Of a DNA stretch of 64,000 nt, positions 20,163 to 30,145 are shown piece by piece. A program made the position numbers and the translations under genes. Source of the DNA: Patescibacteria group bacterium (GTDB lineage Bacteria; Patescibacteriota; Patescibacteriia; UBA9934); NCBI GenBank assembly GCA_041666205.1, contig JBAYHI010000005.1, positions 20,386 through 84,385 on the forward strand. Reading direction: 5' to 3'. The notes below the pieces were generated by a model, which was not told the origin of the DNA, ran no database searches, and worked only from the letters and a program-made list of their open reading frames with translations. The stretch's first letter is position 1; each line of letters opens with the position of its first letter.

Positions 20163-21016
20163 GCGGTCAGCCGATTCATGAGGGTTTTGAATTCTTCTTT
20201 GGAATAAAAGTGGATGGAGATTTTTCCTGACGTCCCCTGCATACTGATTTCAACTTTGGTCCCCAAGGCTTCCCGCAATGCCGCTTCGAGCCCGGCGATA
20301 TTTGGATCTTCCACGCGTCGGCGTGGATTATTTGTTTGGGTTTTTACTTCTGCAGAACGAACCGTCACCCCGCCGCTCAAGATTTGTTCAAATAGGGCTT
20401 GGCGACGCGTGGGATCGGTTTCTGAAAGGAGGGTTCGCGCATGACTACGAGAAATCTTTTTCTGCACGAGTGCTTCAAGGATATGTGGCTCGAGTTCGAG
20501 CAAACGAATCGTATTGGTAATGGCTGGACGACTCTTGCCCATTTTTTGTGCAATCTCGTCGTGCGTTAAGGAAAATAAATCAATGAGCGATTGATAAGCG
20601 CGCGCTTCTTCCACCGCATCCAAATCTTGACGTTGGATGTTTTCAATCAGCGCAAGCTCAAGTTTTTGTTGATCGGTTGCATTACGCACAATCACGGGCA
20701 CGGTTGGCGATGCAATGCTTTTTGCCGCACGCAATCGACGTTCCCCAGCAATCAGCTCATAGGTGCCATCTGCGCGCTGCGACACCACAAGCGGCTGTAG
20801 AATGCCGTGCTCTTTAATAGACGCAGCTAAATCAGCCAATTCCTCAGGGAGGAAGGTACGTCGTGGCTGATGAGGATTTTCGACAATTGCATCAGGGGAG
20901 ATTTCCAGAATTGCTTGCTGAACGGTTTGCGAAGCTTCTGTTCCTGGTTCTGGAGCGATTTTTTGCGGGATGAGCGCGCCCAGGCCTCGGCCCAATCCTC
21001 CTTGTGTTTTCATCAT
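20159..21016 (-). CDS. parB: Chromosome partitioning protein ParB
   Basis: GLGRGL, QPR, AGERRLRA, ENIQRQDL. Confidence 0.96.
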   Translation of the reverse strand: MMKTQGGLGRGLGALIPQKIAPEPGTEASQTVQQAILEISPDAIVENPHQPRRTFLPEELADLAASIKEHGILQPLVVSQRADGTYELIAGERRLRAAKSIASPTVPVIVRNATDQQKLELALIENIQRQDLDAVEEARAYQSLIDLFSLTHDEIAQKMGKSRPAITNTIRLLELEPHILEALVQKKISRSHARTLLSETDPTRRQALFEQILSGGVTVRSAEVKTQTNNPRRRVEDPNIAGLEAALREALGTKVEISMQGTSGKISIHFYSKEEFKTLMNRLTA

Positions 21017-21786
21017 ACGTTTTTCTGGTCTTCACGCGTTAAGAACTCGCGAGCCAATCGCTCGTATGCTCTGCACGCTTTTGATAATGGATCGTAATGT
21101 AAAATCGATTTTCCATAGCTTGGTGCTTCAGCCAAGCGGATACTTCGTGGAATCACCGAGCGGAAAATCTTCCCGGGAAAATAGCGATACAATTCTTCAA
21201 GAACTTGATTTGAAAGTTTTGTGCGCGCGTCAAACATGGTAATAACCGCTCCCATGATTTCAAGCTCGGGCTTAATGGATTGTTTCACCATCTCGATGGT
21301 TTGCATGAGCTGCCCTAAGCCCTCAAGCGCAAAATATTCTGCTTGCACTGGGATCAAAATGCTGTCGGCTGCAACGAGTCCATTGATGGTGAGGAGCCCA
21401 AGTGAAGGTGGATTATCGATGAGAATGTAGTCGTAATTATTGCGAACCTCCAAAAGTGCGGTATAGAGTTTGCGTTCACGGCTGAGTTCGTTTACAAGTT
21501 CAACCGAAGCACCGGCAAGGTTTGGATTACCAGGCAAAATGTGAAGGCGCTCATGGTCGGATTGCACAACGAGATCGCGAGCAGCTCGCAACCCCGACAT
21601 CGCCTCATAGGTTCCTTTAGAATTCATGACATCAATCCCCAATCCGCTTGAGGCATTCCCTTGCGGATCCAAATCAACCAAAAGCACGTGTTTTCCAAGA
21701 TGCGCCAAATATGCCGCCAAATTGACGGCCGTTGTGGTTTTCCCCACCCCACCCTTTTGATTCACGATCGAGACAATATGTGCCAT
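21013..21786 (-). CDS. parA: ParA/Soj ATPase
   Basis: NQKGGVGKTT, DLDPQGN, AEAPSYG; start moved to MAHIV. Confidence 0.96.
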   Translation of the reverse strand: MAHIVSIVNQKGGVGKTTTAVNLAAYLAHLGKHVLLVDLDPQGNASSGLGIDVMNSKGTYEAMSGLRAARDLVVQSDHERLHILPGNPNLAGASVELVNELSRERKLYTALLEVRNNYDYILIDNPPSLGLLTINGLVAADSILIPVQAEYFALEGLGQLMQTIEMVKQSIKPELEIMGAVITMFDARTKLSNQVLEELYRYFPGKIFRSVIPRSIRLAEAPSYGKSILHYDPLSKACRAYERLAREFLTREDQKNV

Positions 21787-21865
21787 ACGGAATGCATGCA
21801 GTATATCAGATGAGCGCCTTGAACCCAAAGAAGTTTTCAACAAAAAAGCGCCTCGCCGTTAAGTT

Positions 21866-22135
21866 TTATAGGCATTGGTAACCCAGTCGCTTCAATTCAT
21901 TCTTATTCTGTTTCTTGAACTCCCTGTGGCCTCCGCCACTTTTCAAATAGACTTCTCGAGCTTTTGCGTCCTGTCCATTGCAATAGCACTCATAATAGAT
22001 GAGCTGTAATGGTCTCCGGTGTTTTGTAGAAATCACCCTCCCTTTTTGATGCTCGTCGATACGCCGTTTCAAATCCTCAGAAAACCCAATATATAGTTTG
22101 TGATCGGCGCAAAATAAGACGTAAACATAAAACAT
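21866..22135 (-). CDS. Stand-alone GIY-YIG nuclease
   Basis: FYVYVL...YIG...RR..EH...REVYLKS. Confidence 0.9.
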   Translation of the reverse strand: MFYVYVLFCADHKLYIGFSEDLKRRIDEHQKGRVISTKHRRPLQLIYYECYCNGQDAKAREVYLKSGGGHREFKKQNKNELKRLGYQCL

Positions 22136-22313
22136 ATTGAAATCATCCTACCGTATAGCGACGTCTGACGTCGCCAATGCATGTAGATAACCAATGGACA
22201 GTCTATTCTAATGTCCCGTCAGACGGGACTAGCCCTGTCTATACAAAAACCCACCGATGTTTTATCGATGGGGTTTTGTGGCTCCCTGAACGGGTGTGGC
22301 CCGTTCGACGGGC

Positions 22314-22390
<77 letters not shown>

Positions 22391-22395
22391 GGCAC

Positions 22396-22424
22396 ACAAT
22401 ACGAAAAATTAGCACTTCTGTCAA
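22396..22424 (-). promoter_or_regulatory. Sigma70-type promoter of tRNA-fMet
   Basis: TTGACA-17 bp-TATTGT. Confidence 0.65.
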
Positions 22425-22430
22425 GGTAAG

Positions 22431-23681
22431 CTATTCAAATCGAAGTGCCTCGATTGGATCAAGCCGTGCAGCTCGACGTGCGGGATAGAGGCCAAAAACG
22501 ATTCCAACCGTTGTGGAAACAAGCACTCCAAGCACCATTGCGTCGAGTGGCACTGCCGCGCTCCATCCATCTACGAATTTACCGACAATATATCCAATAA
22601 GCAATGAAAATCCAACGCCCGAGATAATCCCGATAATCCCGCCAAACATGGTGAGAAGCACAGATTCGAGCAAAAATTGCTGCAAAATTTCTTTATAGGT
22701 GGCACCAATTGCTTTGCGAAGTCCAATCTCTTTCGTGCGTTCCGTAACGGATACAAGCATGATATTCATGATGCCGATGCCACCAACCACAAGAGAAATC
22801 GCGGCAATCGAAGCAAGTAAAATCGTGAGCACTCCCCCAACAATGCCTACAATGGCAACCGCATCACTTTGCGAAGAAACCGCAAAATCGTCAAGCGCCG
22901 GGTCAGCGGTTGGATTATCAATATTGTGACTGTCGCGCATCACCCACTGAGCCTCTTCTTTCGTGATATCAATATCGCCTGACGCTTTGGCTGCAATATA
23001 GGTCACATTGTCGAGACCCAAAATGTCTCGTTGCGCGGTGGTGATTGGAACAACAATTTGTTCATCTTGATTTTGAAAAAATCGCGTACCAAGTTCTGGG
23101 AATACTCCAATTACTTTCAGGCTGACTTTTTTGAGTTTAACGGTCTGACCAATGGGGTCTTGGTCTCCGAATAAATCCTCGGCAACGGTTTTTCCAAGCA
23201 CAACCACTTTGGCATACGACTGAATATCTGTTTGGTCCAAAAAGCGACCTGAAGCAATTTCCGCTGGGAATACTTCCAAATAATCCTCATTCACTCCAAC
23301 CACCTGCACAAATTTGCTCGTTTCCTCGCGTGTAATTGGCGTGGACGATTGAATCACACCTGTGACTGCAGAAAAATATCCGGACTTATTGAGAGCATCG
23401 ATGTCGTCGAGCGTTAGCGTTTGCTCAATATACGGGCTTGGAGGCCCAGACATGGGATCGCCCGAACTTGCCTCAACGAATACCAAATCCGATCCGAGGT
23501 TTGCCACTTGATTCAAAATGAGTCCTTCAGACGATCGGCCAATGGAGAGCATCATCATGACCGCGGCAATCCCAATCACGATCCCTAAAATCGTCAAAAT
23601 CGAGCGCGAACGATTGCGCATGAGCGAGGTAACCGAGGTTTTCAGAAGATCGGAAAGAATCATATTATTTATAGTATCCAC
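22431..23681 (-). CDS. MacB/FtsX-type ABC permease
   Basis: LTILGIVIGI, VGGIGIMNIMLVSVTERTKEIG, PARRAARLDPIEALR. Confidence 0.95.
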   Translation of the reverse strand: MDTINNMILSDLLKTSVTSLMRNRSRSILTILGIVIGIAAVMMMLSIGRSSEGLILNQVANLGSDLVFVEASSGDPMSGPPSPYIEQTLTLDDIDALNKSGYFSAVTGVIQSSTPITREETSKFVQVVGVNEDYLEVFPAEIASGRFLDQTDIQSYAKVVVLGKTVAEDLFGDQDPIGQTVKLKKVSLKVIGVFPELGTRFFQNQDEQIVVPITTAQRDILGLDNVTYIAAKASGDIDITKEEAQWVMRDSHNIDNPTADPALDDFAVSSQSDAVAIVGIVGGVLTILLASIAAISLVVGGIGIMNIMLVSVTERTKEIGLRKAIGATYKEILQQFLLESVLLTMFGGIIGIISGVGFSLLIGYIVGKFVDGWSAAVPLDAMVLGVLVSTTVGIVFGLYPARRAARLDPIEALRFE

Positions 23682-24384
23682 CCGTGCGTTTTACATGGTC
23701 ACGGCTGTCGGATTCAATTTTGCCATCACGGATGCGCACAATGCGATCCGCGAATTCCGCGGCTTCAAGTTCGTGAGTAACCATCACAATGGTGGTTCCA
23801 AATTTCTCGTGCAAATCCTGGAAAATCCCAAGAACAGCTTCCCCTGATTTCGTATCGAGGTTTCCAGTTGGCTCATCGGCGAAAATAACCGACGGCTTAT
23901 TCACGAGAGCGCGAGCAATGGCAACGCGTTGTTTTTCTCCGCCAGAAATAGTGTTGGATAAATAATGTGCTCGATGATCGATCCCAACTGAGCGGAGTGC
24001 TTCCATGGCTCGTTCTTCTCGTTCCGCGGGCGGAATCTTCGCATACATCATTGGAAGCATCACGTTCTCAATCACCGTGGATTTTGCGAGCAGGTTGAAT
24101 GCTTGAAACACAAACCCCACCTCGCGTGATCGCTCACCTGCCAATTCATCGTCGGTCATCTTTTGAACGTCTTTCCCATTGAATAGGTAGACTCCGTCTG
24201 TAATGCGATCCAAAAAGCCCAAAATATGCATGAGCGTGGATTTTCCCGATCCAGATGGTCCCATGAGCGCAATGAATTCGCCTTTTTCAACCGAAAGATC
24301 AATCCCGCGAAGGACTGGTGTTTCCACCTCACCAGATTTATACGTTTTGGTGAGATTTTTCAGAGTGAACAAGGGCTCTGCCAT
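23665..24384 (-). CDS. ABC transporter ATP-binding protein (LolD/MacB type)
   Basis: GPSGSGKS, SGGEKQR, ADEPTGNLD; start moved to MAEPL. Confidence 0.95.
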   Translation of the reverse strand: MAEPLFTLKNLTKTYKSGEVETPVLRGIDLSVEKGEFIALMGPSGSGKSTLMHILGFLDRITDGVYLFNGKDVQKMTDDELAGERSREVGFVFQAFNLLAKSTVIENVMLPMMYAKIPPAEREERAMEALRSVGIDHRAHYLSNTISGGEKQRVAIARALVNKPSVIFADEPTGNLDTKSGEAVLGIFQDLHEKFGTTIVMVTHELEAAEFADRIVRIRDGKIESDSRDHVKRTGGYYK

Positions 24385-24385
24385 A

Positions 24386-26227
24386 TTATTTTTTCGTGGA
24401 GAGAATAATCGTCTCGCCTTCGGAAAGTCCGGACAAGATCTCAATGAGCCCGCCGTCTGCGCGAAGGCCAGTTGTCACGTCCACTTCTTTATACGAATCC
24501 CCTTCTGGAACACGCACGTATTTTGTTTTATCTGCACGCTCGAGGACGGCGCGTTGAGGGATATTCAGTACCCCGTTGTATTCTTCGGTCACGATTGTGA
24601 CGTCCGCGGAAAGGCCTGAACGCAAATCAAGACTATTCGCATCGTCGCCAAGCACAACGGTTACTTCATAATACACAACGCTCTCGAGATTTTTTTCAGA
24701 ATCTGAAATTTCGCTCACTGTCCCACCCACAACCGTACCACTGCCAAATGCATCAAAGGTAATGGACGCTAAATCGCCAACCGATACTTTTGTAATATCG
24801 GATTCTGAAATATCGACGACGATTTTAAAGCGATCTGTGGCTGATTGCAGTTCAACCGCTTTTGTACCAGCCATGATCTGCTCACCAATATCCCCAGAAA
24901 GATACGTGATTTTTCCGGTGATTGGGGCAATGATTTGCGATTTTTGGAGTCTTGCAAGCGAAGCGTCTACATCGGCTTGAGCACGATCGATATCTGCGTA
25001 GTATGGTTCCAGATCAACAAATCGTGGCTGTGCTTTCACTTGATTATAGGAGGCGGTCGCTGAGGCTAAATCTGCCTCACGAAGCGCTACAATCGCCTTG
25101 GCAGACGCCACACGCGTTTCTGCATCAAGTTGCGCGTTGAGATAGGCTTGTTCTGCTAAAAGCACGGCATATTCTGACGTATGTTCATTTGTTTGCGCTG
25201 CAAAATCGGCATTCACATACGCTTGTTTCTGACCAGCATATGCATTTGACGATGCCTCGAACGAATTACGAGCTGCATCGATGGACGCTTTAAGATTTGC
25301 AAGATCGGTTAAAGAAAAACCTGCGGCTTCGAGCGTTGTCGCGTCCAGTGCTTGTCGGGTATACAAAAGCGTCAATTCCACTTCTTGGAGCAAGGATTCA
25401 AACGCGGGTTCAAGCGCCTCGATGGTCTCGATGGAATCCGTTGCACTGAGTGCGTAGATTGAATCCTCGATCGCGTCGCGTCCGTCACGCGCCTCCACGA
25501 AGGACTCATTTGCGTTCTGAAGGGCCTGATCATCCATATTGGACAGAATCCCCTCAAACGCATCGTTTACGGTGGTGCTTTCAATACCAAGAATTGCGTC
25601 CGCTGAAGTCAATGCGGACCGAATCGCAGTCATGGCTGTTTTCATGGAGGTCACCAAGTTTTCGCGTGCGTTTACAAGTGCTGTATCTGTGGTAGACCCA
25701 GAATCCAGAGCATTCTGTCGTGCTTGATTGAGACGAATCGATGCATCGTCAAGCGCCGCGGACGTTGTAAGAATCGTGTTTGAATAATCCACCTTTGCCG
25801 ATGTAAGCGCCGCATTTGAGGAATTCACTTGCGCGAGCGATACGGCAAGCGCTTCGTTTGAGACTCCCGCAAGTTTTAGATTGAGCTGTGCGGTTGCAGC
25901 TCGCATGGCTTGCTCTGCACGGCGATAATCTGCTTCCAAATCCGGTGCTTTTAGCGCGGCAAGCAGTGTTCCTTGCGCCACAATATCGCCTTCTTCAACG
26001 TAGAACGTCTTCAATAGACCGCTTGATTCAAAAGAGAGGCTGAGGTTTTCCACGGATTGCAAACTTCCAGATGCCTCAACGGTTTGGACCAAATAACCGC
26101 GTTCAACGCGATCGGTTGTATAGGCCTCTGTTTTGCCGCCACTAAAGGCGAAAATTGACCCAATGATGAGCAGAATTCCGGCCACAGAGCCGATGAGAAT
26201 CCACTGCTTTTTTGTTGGCTTTTTCAT
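24386..26227 (-). CDS. Membrane-fusion (MacA/HlyD-like) adaptor with long coiled coil
   Basis: N-terminal TM, lipoyl halves VEEGDIV and APITGKI, ESDI...VG, GLSEGE. Confidence 0.9.
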   Translation of the reverse strand: MKKPTKKQWILIGSVAGILLIIGSIFAFSGGKTEAYTTDRVERGYLVQTVEASGSLQSVENLSLSFESSGLLKTFYVEEGDIVAQGTLLAALKAPDLEADYRRAEQAMRAATAQLNLKLAGVSNEALAVSLAQVNSSNAALTSAKVDYSNTILTTSAALDDASIRLNQARQNALDSGSTTDTALVNARENLVTSMKTAMTAIRSALTSADAILGIESTTVNDAFEGILSNMDDQALQNANESFVEARDGRDAIEDSIYALSATDSIETIEALEPAFESLLQEVELTLLYTRQALDATTLEAAGFSLTDLANLKASIDAARNSFEASSNAYAGQKQAYVNADFAAQTNEHTSEYAVLLAEQAYLNAQLDAETRVASAKAIVALREADLASATASYNQVKAQPRFVDLEPYYADIDRAQADVDASLARLQKSQIIAPITGKITYLSGDIGEQIMAGTKAVELQSATDRFKIVVDISESDITKVSVGDLASITFDAFGSGTVVGGTVSEISDSEKNLESVVYYEVTVVLGDDANSLDLRSGLSADVTIVTEEYNGVLNIPQRAVLERADKTKYVRVPEGDSYKEVDVTTGLRADGGLIEILSGLSEGETIILSTKK

Positions 26228-26342
26228 AATGAATACGAGATTTATTCAAGTTCTTTACCCTAGCGTAAATTGAGTATTCTGGCAAGACTATTTTGTGTTC
26301 AAGCTCAAATCGTCATTTTCATCGAAATGATTAAAAACTTTA

Positions 26343-26371
26343 TTGACGAAAACCTCACTTTTTGATATTCT
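26343..26371 (+). promoter_or_regulatory. Sigma70-type promoter of the tRNA pair
   Basis: TTGACG-17 bp-TATTCT with extended TG. Confidence 0.65.
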
Positions 26372-26389
26372 CTTGGCCACATACCGCAC

Positions 26390-26476
26390 GCCGCGGTGGC
26401 GGAACTGGTATACGCGACGGACTCAAAATCCGTTGTCTGCAAAGGCTTGAGGGTTCGAGTCCCTCCCGCGGCACCA
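26390..26476 (+). tRNA. tRNA-Leu(CAA)
   Basis: GCCGCGG/CCGCGGC acceptor, ACGGA-CTCAAAA-TCCGT, long variable arm, CCA. Confidence 0.95.
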
Positions 26477-26487
26477 TCAAAAAACAT

Positions 26488-26564
26488 GGCTGGGTAGCTC
26501 AATTGGCTAGAGCGTGGGACTCATAAGCCCAAGGTTGTGGGTTCGATCCCCACCCCAGCTACCA
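26488..26564 (+). tRNA. tRNA with CAT anticodon (elongator Met; Ile2 not excluded)
   Basis: GGCTGGG/CCCAGCT acceptor, CTCATAA loop, TTCGA T-loop, CCA. Confidence 0.9.
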
Positions 26565-26638
26565 AAAAATCTTCTGTAAAAGGAGATTTTTTGTTTGCTA
26601 AGTCCGTTGTTTATGCTATAATCTTGCACGGTAACGCT

Positions 26639-27103
26639 ATGACGCTTACGACCCATACAGCCATAGGAGCGGTCATTGGATTTCACATTGGAAACCCTAT
26701 TTTGGGTTTTTTGATTGGATTTTGCTTCCACTTCTTAATGGACATTATCCCTCATGGCGACAGTAAAATATCTGATTCATATCGCATTCTCAAAAAGAAA
26801 CGCTGGCCCGTTGCCTATGCAACCGTTGATGGCGTGATTGCGCTCTATTTAATGCTCTTCATCCTGGGATTCAAGAGTCACTTTGATCAAACAATTGTCA
26901 CCGCATCCATTATTGGAAGCGTGCTCCCTGATCTCATCATTGGCCTCTACGAGCTCACAAAGAGTCGTTACCTCAAATGGTTTTTCAAACTTCACTTCTG
27001 GGTCCACGACATCCTTATTAAAAAATTCGGTGACATTGATCTTCCCTACGCTCTGGCGTATCAGGCAGTAATCATCATTGCAATTCTCCAAACGATCAAT
27101 TAA
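26639..27103 (+). CDS. Membrane protein, putative metal-dependent hydrolase (YdjM-like)
   Basis: TTH, HFLMDIIPHGD, LPD, LHFWVH with TM helices. Confidence 0.7.
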   Translation: MTLTTHTAIGAVIGFHIGNPILGFLIGFCFHFLMDIIPHGDSKISDSYRILKKKRWPVAYATVDGVIALYLMLFILGFKSHFDQTIVTASIIGSVLPDLIIGLYELTKSRYLKWFFKLHFWVHDILIKKFGDIDLPYALAYQAVIIIAILQTIN

Positions 27104-27130
27104 AAATAGACCCTCGCGGGTCTATTTTTT
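27102..27130. terminator. Bidirectional terminator
   Basis: AAAAATAGACCC-TCGC-GGGTCTATTTTT between convergent genes. Confidence 0.8.
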
Positions 27131-27143
27131 GTTTGCAGATTAA

Positions 27144-28121
27144 TTAGTTTGTCGGCCATGAGAATGTTTTGAATGCCCAGGAAATTAACCCCTTTGATTC
27201 AAGTACACGCGTATCTTTAGAATCCGAGCCCATCACGACCACGTAAATCTTGTGGTCATTCTTTGCGACTGCGGTTGCAAGCACATACCCCGCTTGTGGC
27301 AAATACCCGGTTTTCCCTGCGCGAACCGAAAAAGGATCTTCATTTACAAAACTCGTCAGGAGCTCATTGGTATTTTCAATGTCAACAGAATACCCGCTGG
27401 CCTGACGGACCGTTATCTTGGCAGTCTGCATCGCCTCAACAATTTCTGGTTCTTGCTCGGCAGCACGAAGCAGCGCCACTAAATCGTACGCTGTGGACGT
27501 ATTGCCTGCGTCAATTCCGCTTGGATCAACAAAAACAGAATTACTCATGCCGAGTTCTTTGGCTTTTGAATTCATGCGAATCACAAATGCTTCGTTTGAA
27601 AGCCCGGAGAGTCGCACCAGGGACTCCATTGCAGAATTATCCGATCCAATAAGACCTGCCTGCAATAGATCGTGGAGGACAATCGGGTCTTCAAATCTCA
27701 AATAAATGCGTCCGCCTTCTATCAAATCCGCATCCGTGAGCGTGACAGAAGCATTCAAATCAGGATTGGTTTCCAAAAATACTAAGGCGGTCATGAGTTT
27801 GGTCACGCTTCCAATCGATCGAATCGCGTATGGATGCTTGGCAACCATTATCATCCCACTATCCGCATCCTCAATAAGAACACTACGGGCCGTGGTGACA
27901 ACCCCAAACGATCCTGGATCGGTTTTTACCGGATAATTCACCATACTGCGCATTCCAGCGCGTGGAAGCGACGCTTGTTCATTTTCAAATTCAACGTAAG
28001 AAATCTTTGATGCTTCTTCCCCACCAACACCAGCGCGGTATTCCAATGCCGACAAATCGGTTGGTAGAAGCTGCCACAATCCTGCGGCCATAATAAATGA
28101 ACCCAATGCTTTCAAAATCAT
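27144..28121 (-). CDS. D-Ala-D-Ala carboxypeptidase/endopeptidase (peptidase S11)
   Basis: SVTK (SxxK), SDN (SxN), KTG. Confidence 0.93.
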   Translation of the reverse strand: MILKALGSFIMAAGLWQLLPTDLSALEYRAGVGGEEASKISYVEFENEQASLPRAGMRSMVNYPVKTDPGSFGVVTTARSVLIEDADSGMIMVAKHPYAIRSIGSVTKLMTALVFLETNPDLNASVTLTDADLIEGGRIYLRFEDPIVLHDLLQAGLIGSDNSAMESLVRLSGLSNEAFVIRMNSKAKELGMSNSVFVDPSGIDAGNTSTAYDLVALLRAAEQEPEIVEAMQTAKITVRQASGYSVDIENTNELLTSFVNEDPFSVRAGKTGYLPQAGYVLATAVAKNDHKIYVVVMGSDSKDTRVLESKGLISWAFKTFSWPTN

Positions 28122-28672
28122 ACGTCTTTTTGGAAGGCCGCTTCGAGCATTTCATTAATTTTTGCGTGTTTATGCAAAGATTCGTAATCTGGGAGCTCCG
28201 CAACAGAATGAATTCCCAAATGACGAAGCATCTCCGTTGACACCGTAAAATACGACTCAATTTTTCCTTCTTCCTCACGTTCGACAATGAGACCGCGCAT
28301 GAGCAAATTACGAATGATGAGTGAGCAATTCACGCCACGAATGTATTCGACTTCGTTTTTAGTAACCGGACCGCGATACGCAATAATCGTGAGCGTTTCG
28401 AGTTGTGGGCGCGTGAGTTCTGAAGCGGTTTCCTCTTTTGTCATCGATGAGATGACTTCTGCAAACGCAGGATTGGTTCCCAGTTCAACCGCACCTTCCC
28501 CAACAATCACGTGAATTCCGCTTGTTGGAACATTGCGATAATGCACAAGCTCCTCAATTGCCTCACGTGCCTCGAGTTCTTTAATCCCAAGAATACCGGC
28601 GAGTTTATGAAAAGAAACCGGCCGAGCCGATAAAAGAAGAAGCGCTTCGATTTTTGCCGCAATCTCGCTCAT
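28118..28672 (-). CDS. scpB: SMC-Scp subunit ScpB
   Basis: LETLTIIAYRGPVTK..EYIRGVN. Confidence 0.95.
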   Translation of the reverse strand: MSEIAAKIEALLLLSARPVSFHKLAGILGIKELEAREAIEELVHYRNVPTSGIHVIVGEGAVELGTNPAFAEVISSMTKEETASELTRPQLETLTIIAYRGPVTKNEVEYIRGVNCSLIIRNLLMRGLIVEREEEGKIESYFTVSTEMLRHLGIHSVAELPDYESLHKHAKINEMLEAAFQKDV

Positions 28673-29370
28673 AGACGAACAATTTCGATGTCATTATCGC
28701 CTGTTTGACTTGCTTTGACAATACGCCGACGCATGAGTTCGAGTAGGGCCATGAAGCTCACCACCACCTCTGCTCTACTTTTCGCGCCGGCCATGACGTC
28801 GCGAAATCCCATTTTTGCACGCGAAGCGATTGCGCTCGTCATTTCACGCAAGCGTTCTTCAACACTTTTCACTCGCTCCATGGAGACTTCCCGAAGCGCA
28901 AAAAATGGTTGAAGACGTTTTAGAATCCAGGTGAACGCTTCGTGGATACTATTTGTGTTCACGTTCTGCGACGCGGAAAATTGAACTTCTTGCGTTGACT
29001 TCACAATGCGTGAGAATGGCTGACGGAACGAATGCAAGGGGCCAGAGTAAACCGCAGCCAACCGATCCGCAGCATCTGCGAATAACCGATAAACTCGGAG
29101 TTGTTCTTCGAGTGAAACCGCGTCTTCTTCTGCCTCGGCTTCAAGATACGGCAAAAGCGCTCGACTCTTAAGATAAATTAGGCGCGAGGCGATCAAAAGA
29201 AAGTCAGCAAGCTCGTCGGACGGGATTTCGTGGCTATTTAAATAGTCCAAATAGGCCTCTGTAATGCTTGCAAGCGCCACTTCCGTAATCTCTAGCTTTT
29301 TCTGCTCCAAGAGCTCTAAAAGAAGGCCCAGAGGCCCGGAGAATGCGCTTTGCTCAACGGTAAACGCCAT
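28669..29370 (-). CDS. scpA: Kleisin ScpA
   Basis: FSGPLGLLL, YLKSRALLP, SFMALLEL. Confidence 0.93.
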   Translation of the reverse strand: MAFTVEQSAFSGPLGLLLELLEQKKLEITEVALASITEAYLDYLNSHEIPSDELADFLLIASRLIYLKSRALLPYLEAEAEEDAVSLEEQLRVYRLFADAADRLAAVYSGPLHSFRQPFSRIVKSTQEVQFSASQNVNTNSIHEAFTWILKRLQPFFALREVSMERVKSVEERLREMTSAIASRAKMGFRDVMAGAKSRAEVVVSFMALLELMRRRIVKASQTGDNDIEIVRL

Positions 29371-29455
29371 ACCGCCCTATTTTAGCACAATTGCAGGATT
29401 TACCATTGACGAAAAGGCATTTTTGGGGTAAATTATCGCGTCCCTTGGAGGAAGC

Positions 29456-29698
29456 TTGAGACGGAATCGCGTACACTTCACCGAATGGATCCGGGAGATT
29501 CTTTTCATCCCGGCCGTAATCCTCATCGTCCTCATTCCAGGAGTCGGACTCATGATCTTCACAGCACTCGTCGACGCGCTCGTTCAGGTGGCGCCCATCC
29601 TCTGGTGGGTCAGCGTCGCAACGCTCGCGGTGCTCATCGAGACACGCCTCATGCGCCAGAGGCGGGCCGAGCTCATCCGCCAGGTCGCGGAGAAGTAA
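29456..29698 (+). CDS. GC-rich small 2-TM protein (cassette 1)
   Basis: Promoter TTGACG-17-TAAATT (29406-29434), GGAGG before a TTG start, two hydrophobic stretches. Confidence 0.6.
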   Translation: MRRNRVHFTEWIREILFIPAVILIVLIPGVGLMIFTALVDALVQVAPILWWVSVATLAVLIETRLMRQRRAELIRQVAEK

Positions 29699-29719
29699 CC
29701 CCCGCCACCCGCGCCCCTC

Positions 29720-29791
29720 CGATCCCCCGGCCACGCCGTGGGGGTCGCTTCTTTTTATACGGTTGACAAGACGCCTGCGGAACCGCAAAAT
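29720..29791 (+). repeat. Terminator+promoter module, copy 1
   Basis: CGATCCCCCGGCCACGCCGTGGGGGTCGCTTC...TTGACA-17-CAAAAT; repeated at 30054-30126. Confidence 0.85.
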
Positions 29792-29822
29792 ATCAGCGCC
29801 TACAATGCTCGCGGAGGCCACC

Positions 29823-30035
29823 ATGGAATATTCCTGCCCGGCAGTTCCCGATTGTTTCGAAGACGACGAAGACACGGACGAAATTGAACGTGAAGAACAG
29901 CAGGAACACGAGCAGATTCTGCGACTCATGAGGGGCATCGTCCTCGTGCTGTTCGGTGTCTCTGGCGTCATCTTCCTCTTCTCGTTCCTCCTCATCGTTT
30001 TTGGCATCTCCCTCATCGTCATGGCGATCACGTGA
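29823..30035 (+). CDS. GC-rich 70-aa protein with acidic N-terminus and C-terminal TM (cassette 2)
   Basis: GGAGG-4-ATG; MEYSCPAVPDCFEDDEDTDEIEREEQQ followed by a long hydrophobic tail. Confidence 0.65.
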   Translation: MEYSCPAVPDCFEDDEDTDEIEREEQQEHEQILRLMRGIVLVLFGVSGVIFLFSFLLIVFGISLIVMAIT

Positions 30036-30053
30036 TGACGAGCTGTCACCTCT

Positions 30054-30126
30054 CGATCCCCCCGGCCACGCCGTGGGGGTCGCTTCATATTTGGCGATTG
30101 ACAAGACGTCCGCAGAACCGCAAAAT
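30054..30126 (+). repeat. Terminator+promoter module, copy 2
   Basis: CGATCCCCCCGGCCACGCCGTGGGGGTCGCTTC...TTGACA-17-CAAAAT. Confidence 0.85.
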
Positions 30127-30145
30127 GAGCGAACTGGAGGTTTCC

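Noticed and set aside
22279-22313. TGGCTCCC as a duplicated tRNA 3' end (att site)
   Set aside because: Does not match the tRNA-fMet 3' end beyond CCA, and no integrase is present.
29720-30126. Possible CRISPR array or integron attC sites
   Set aside because: Only two copies, a ~260-bp gene-containing spacer, no cas or intI gene, and no RYYYAAC/GTTRRRY boxes seen.
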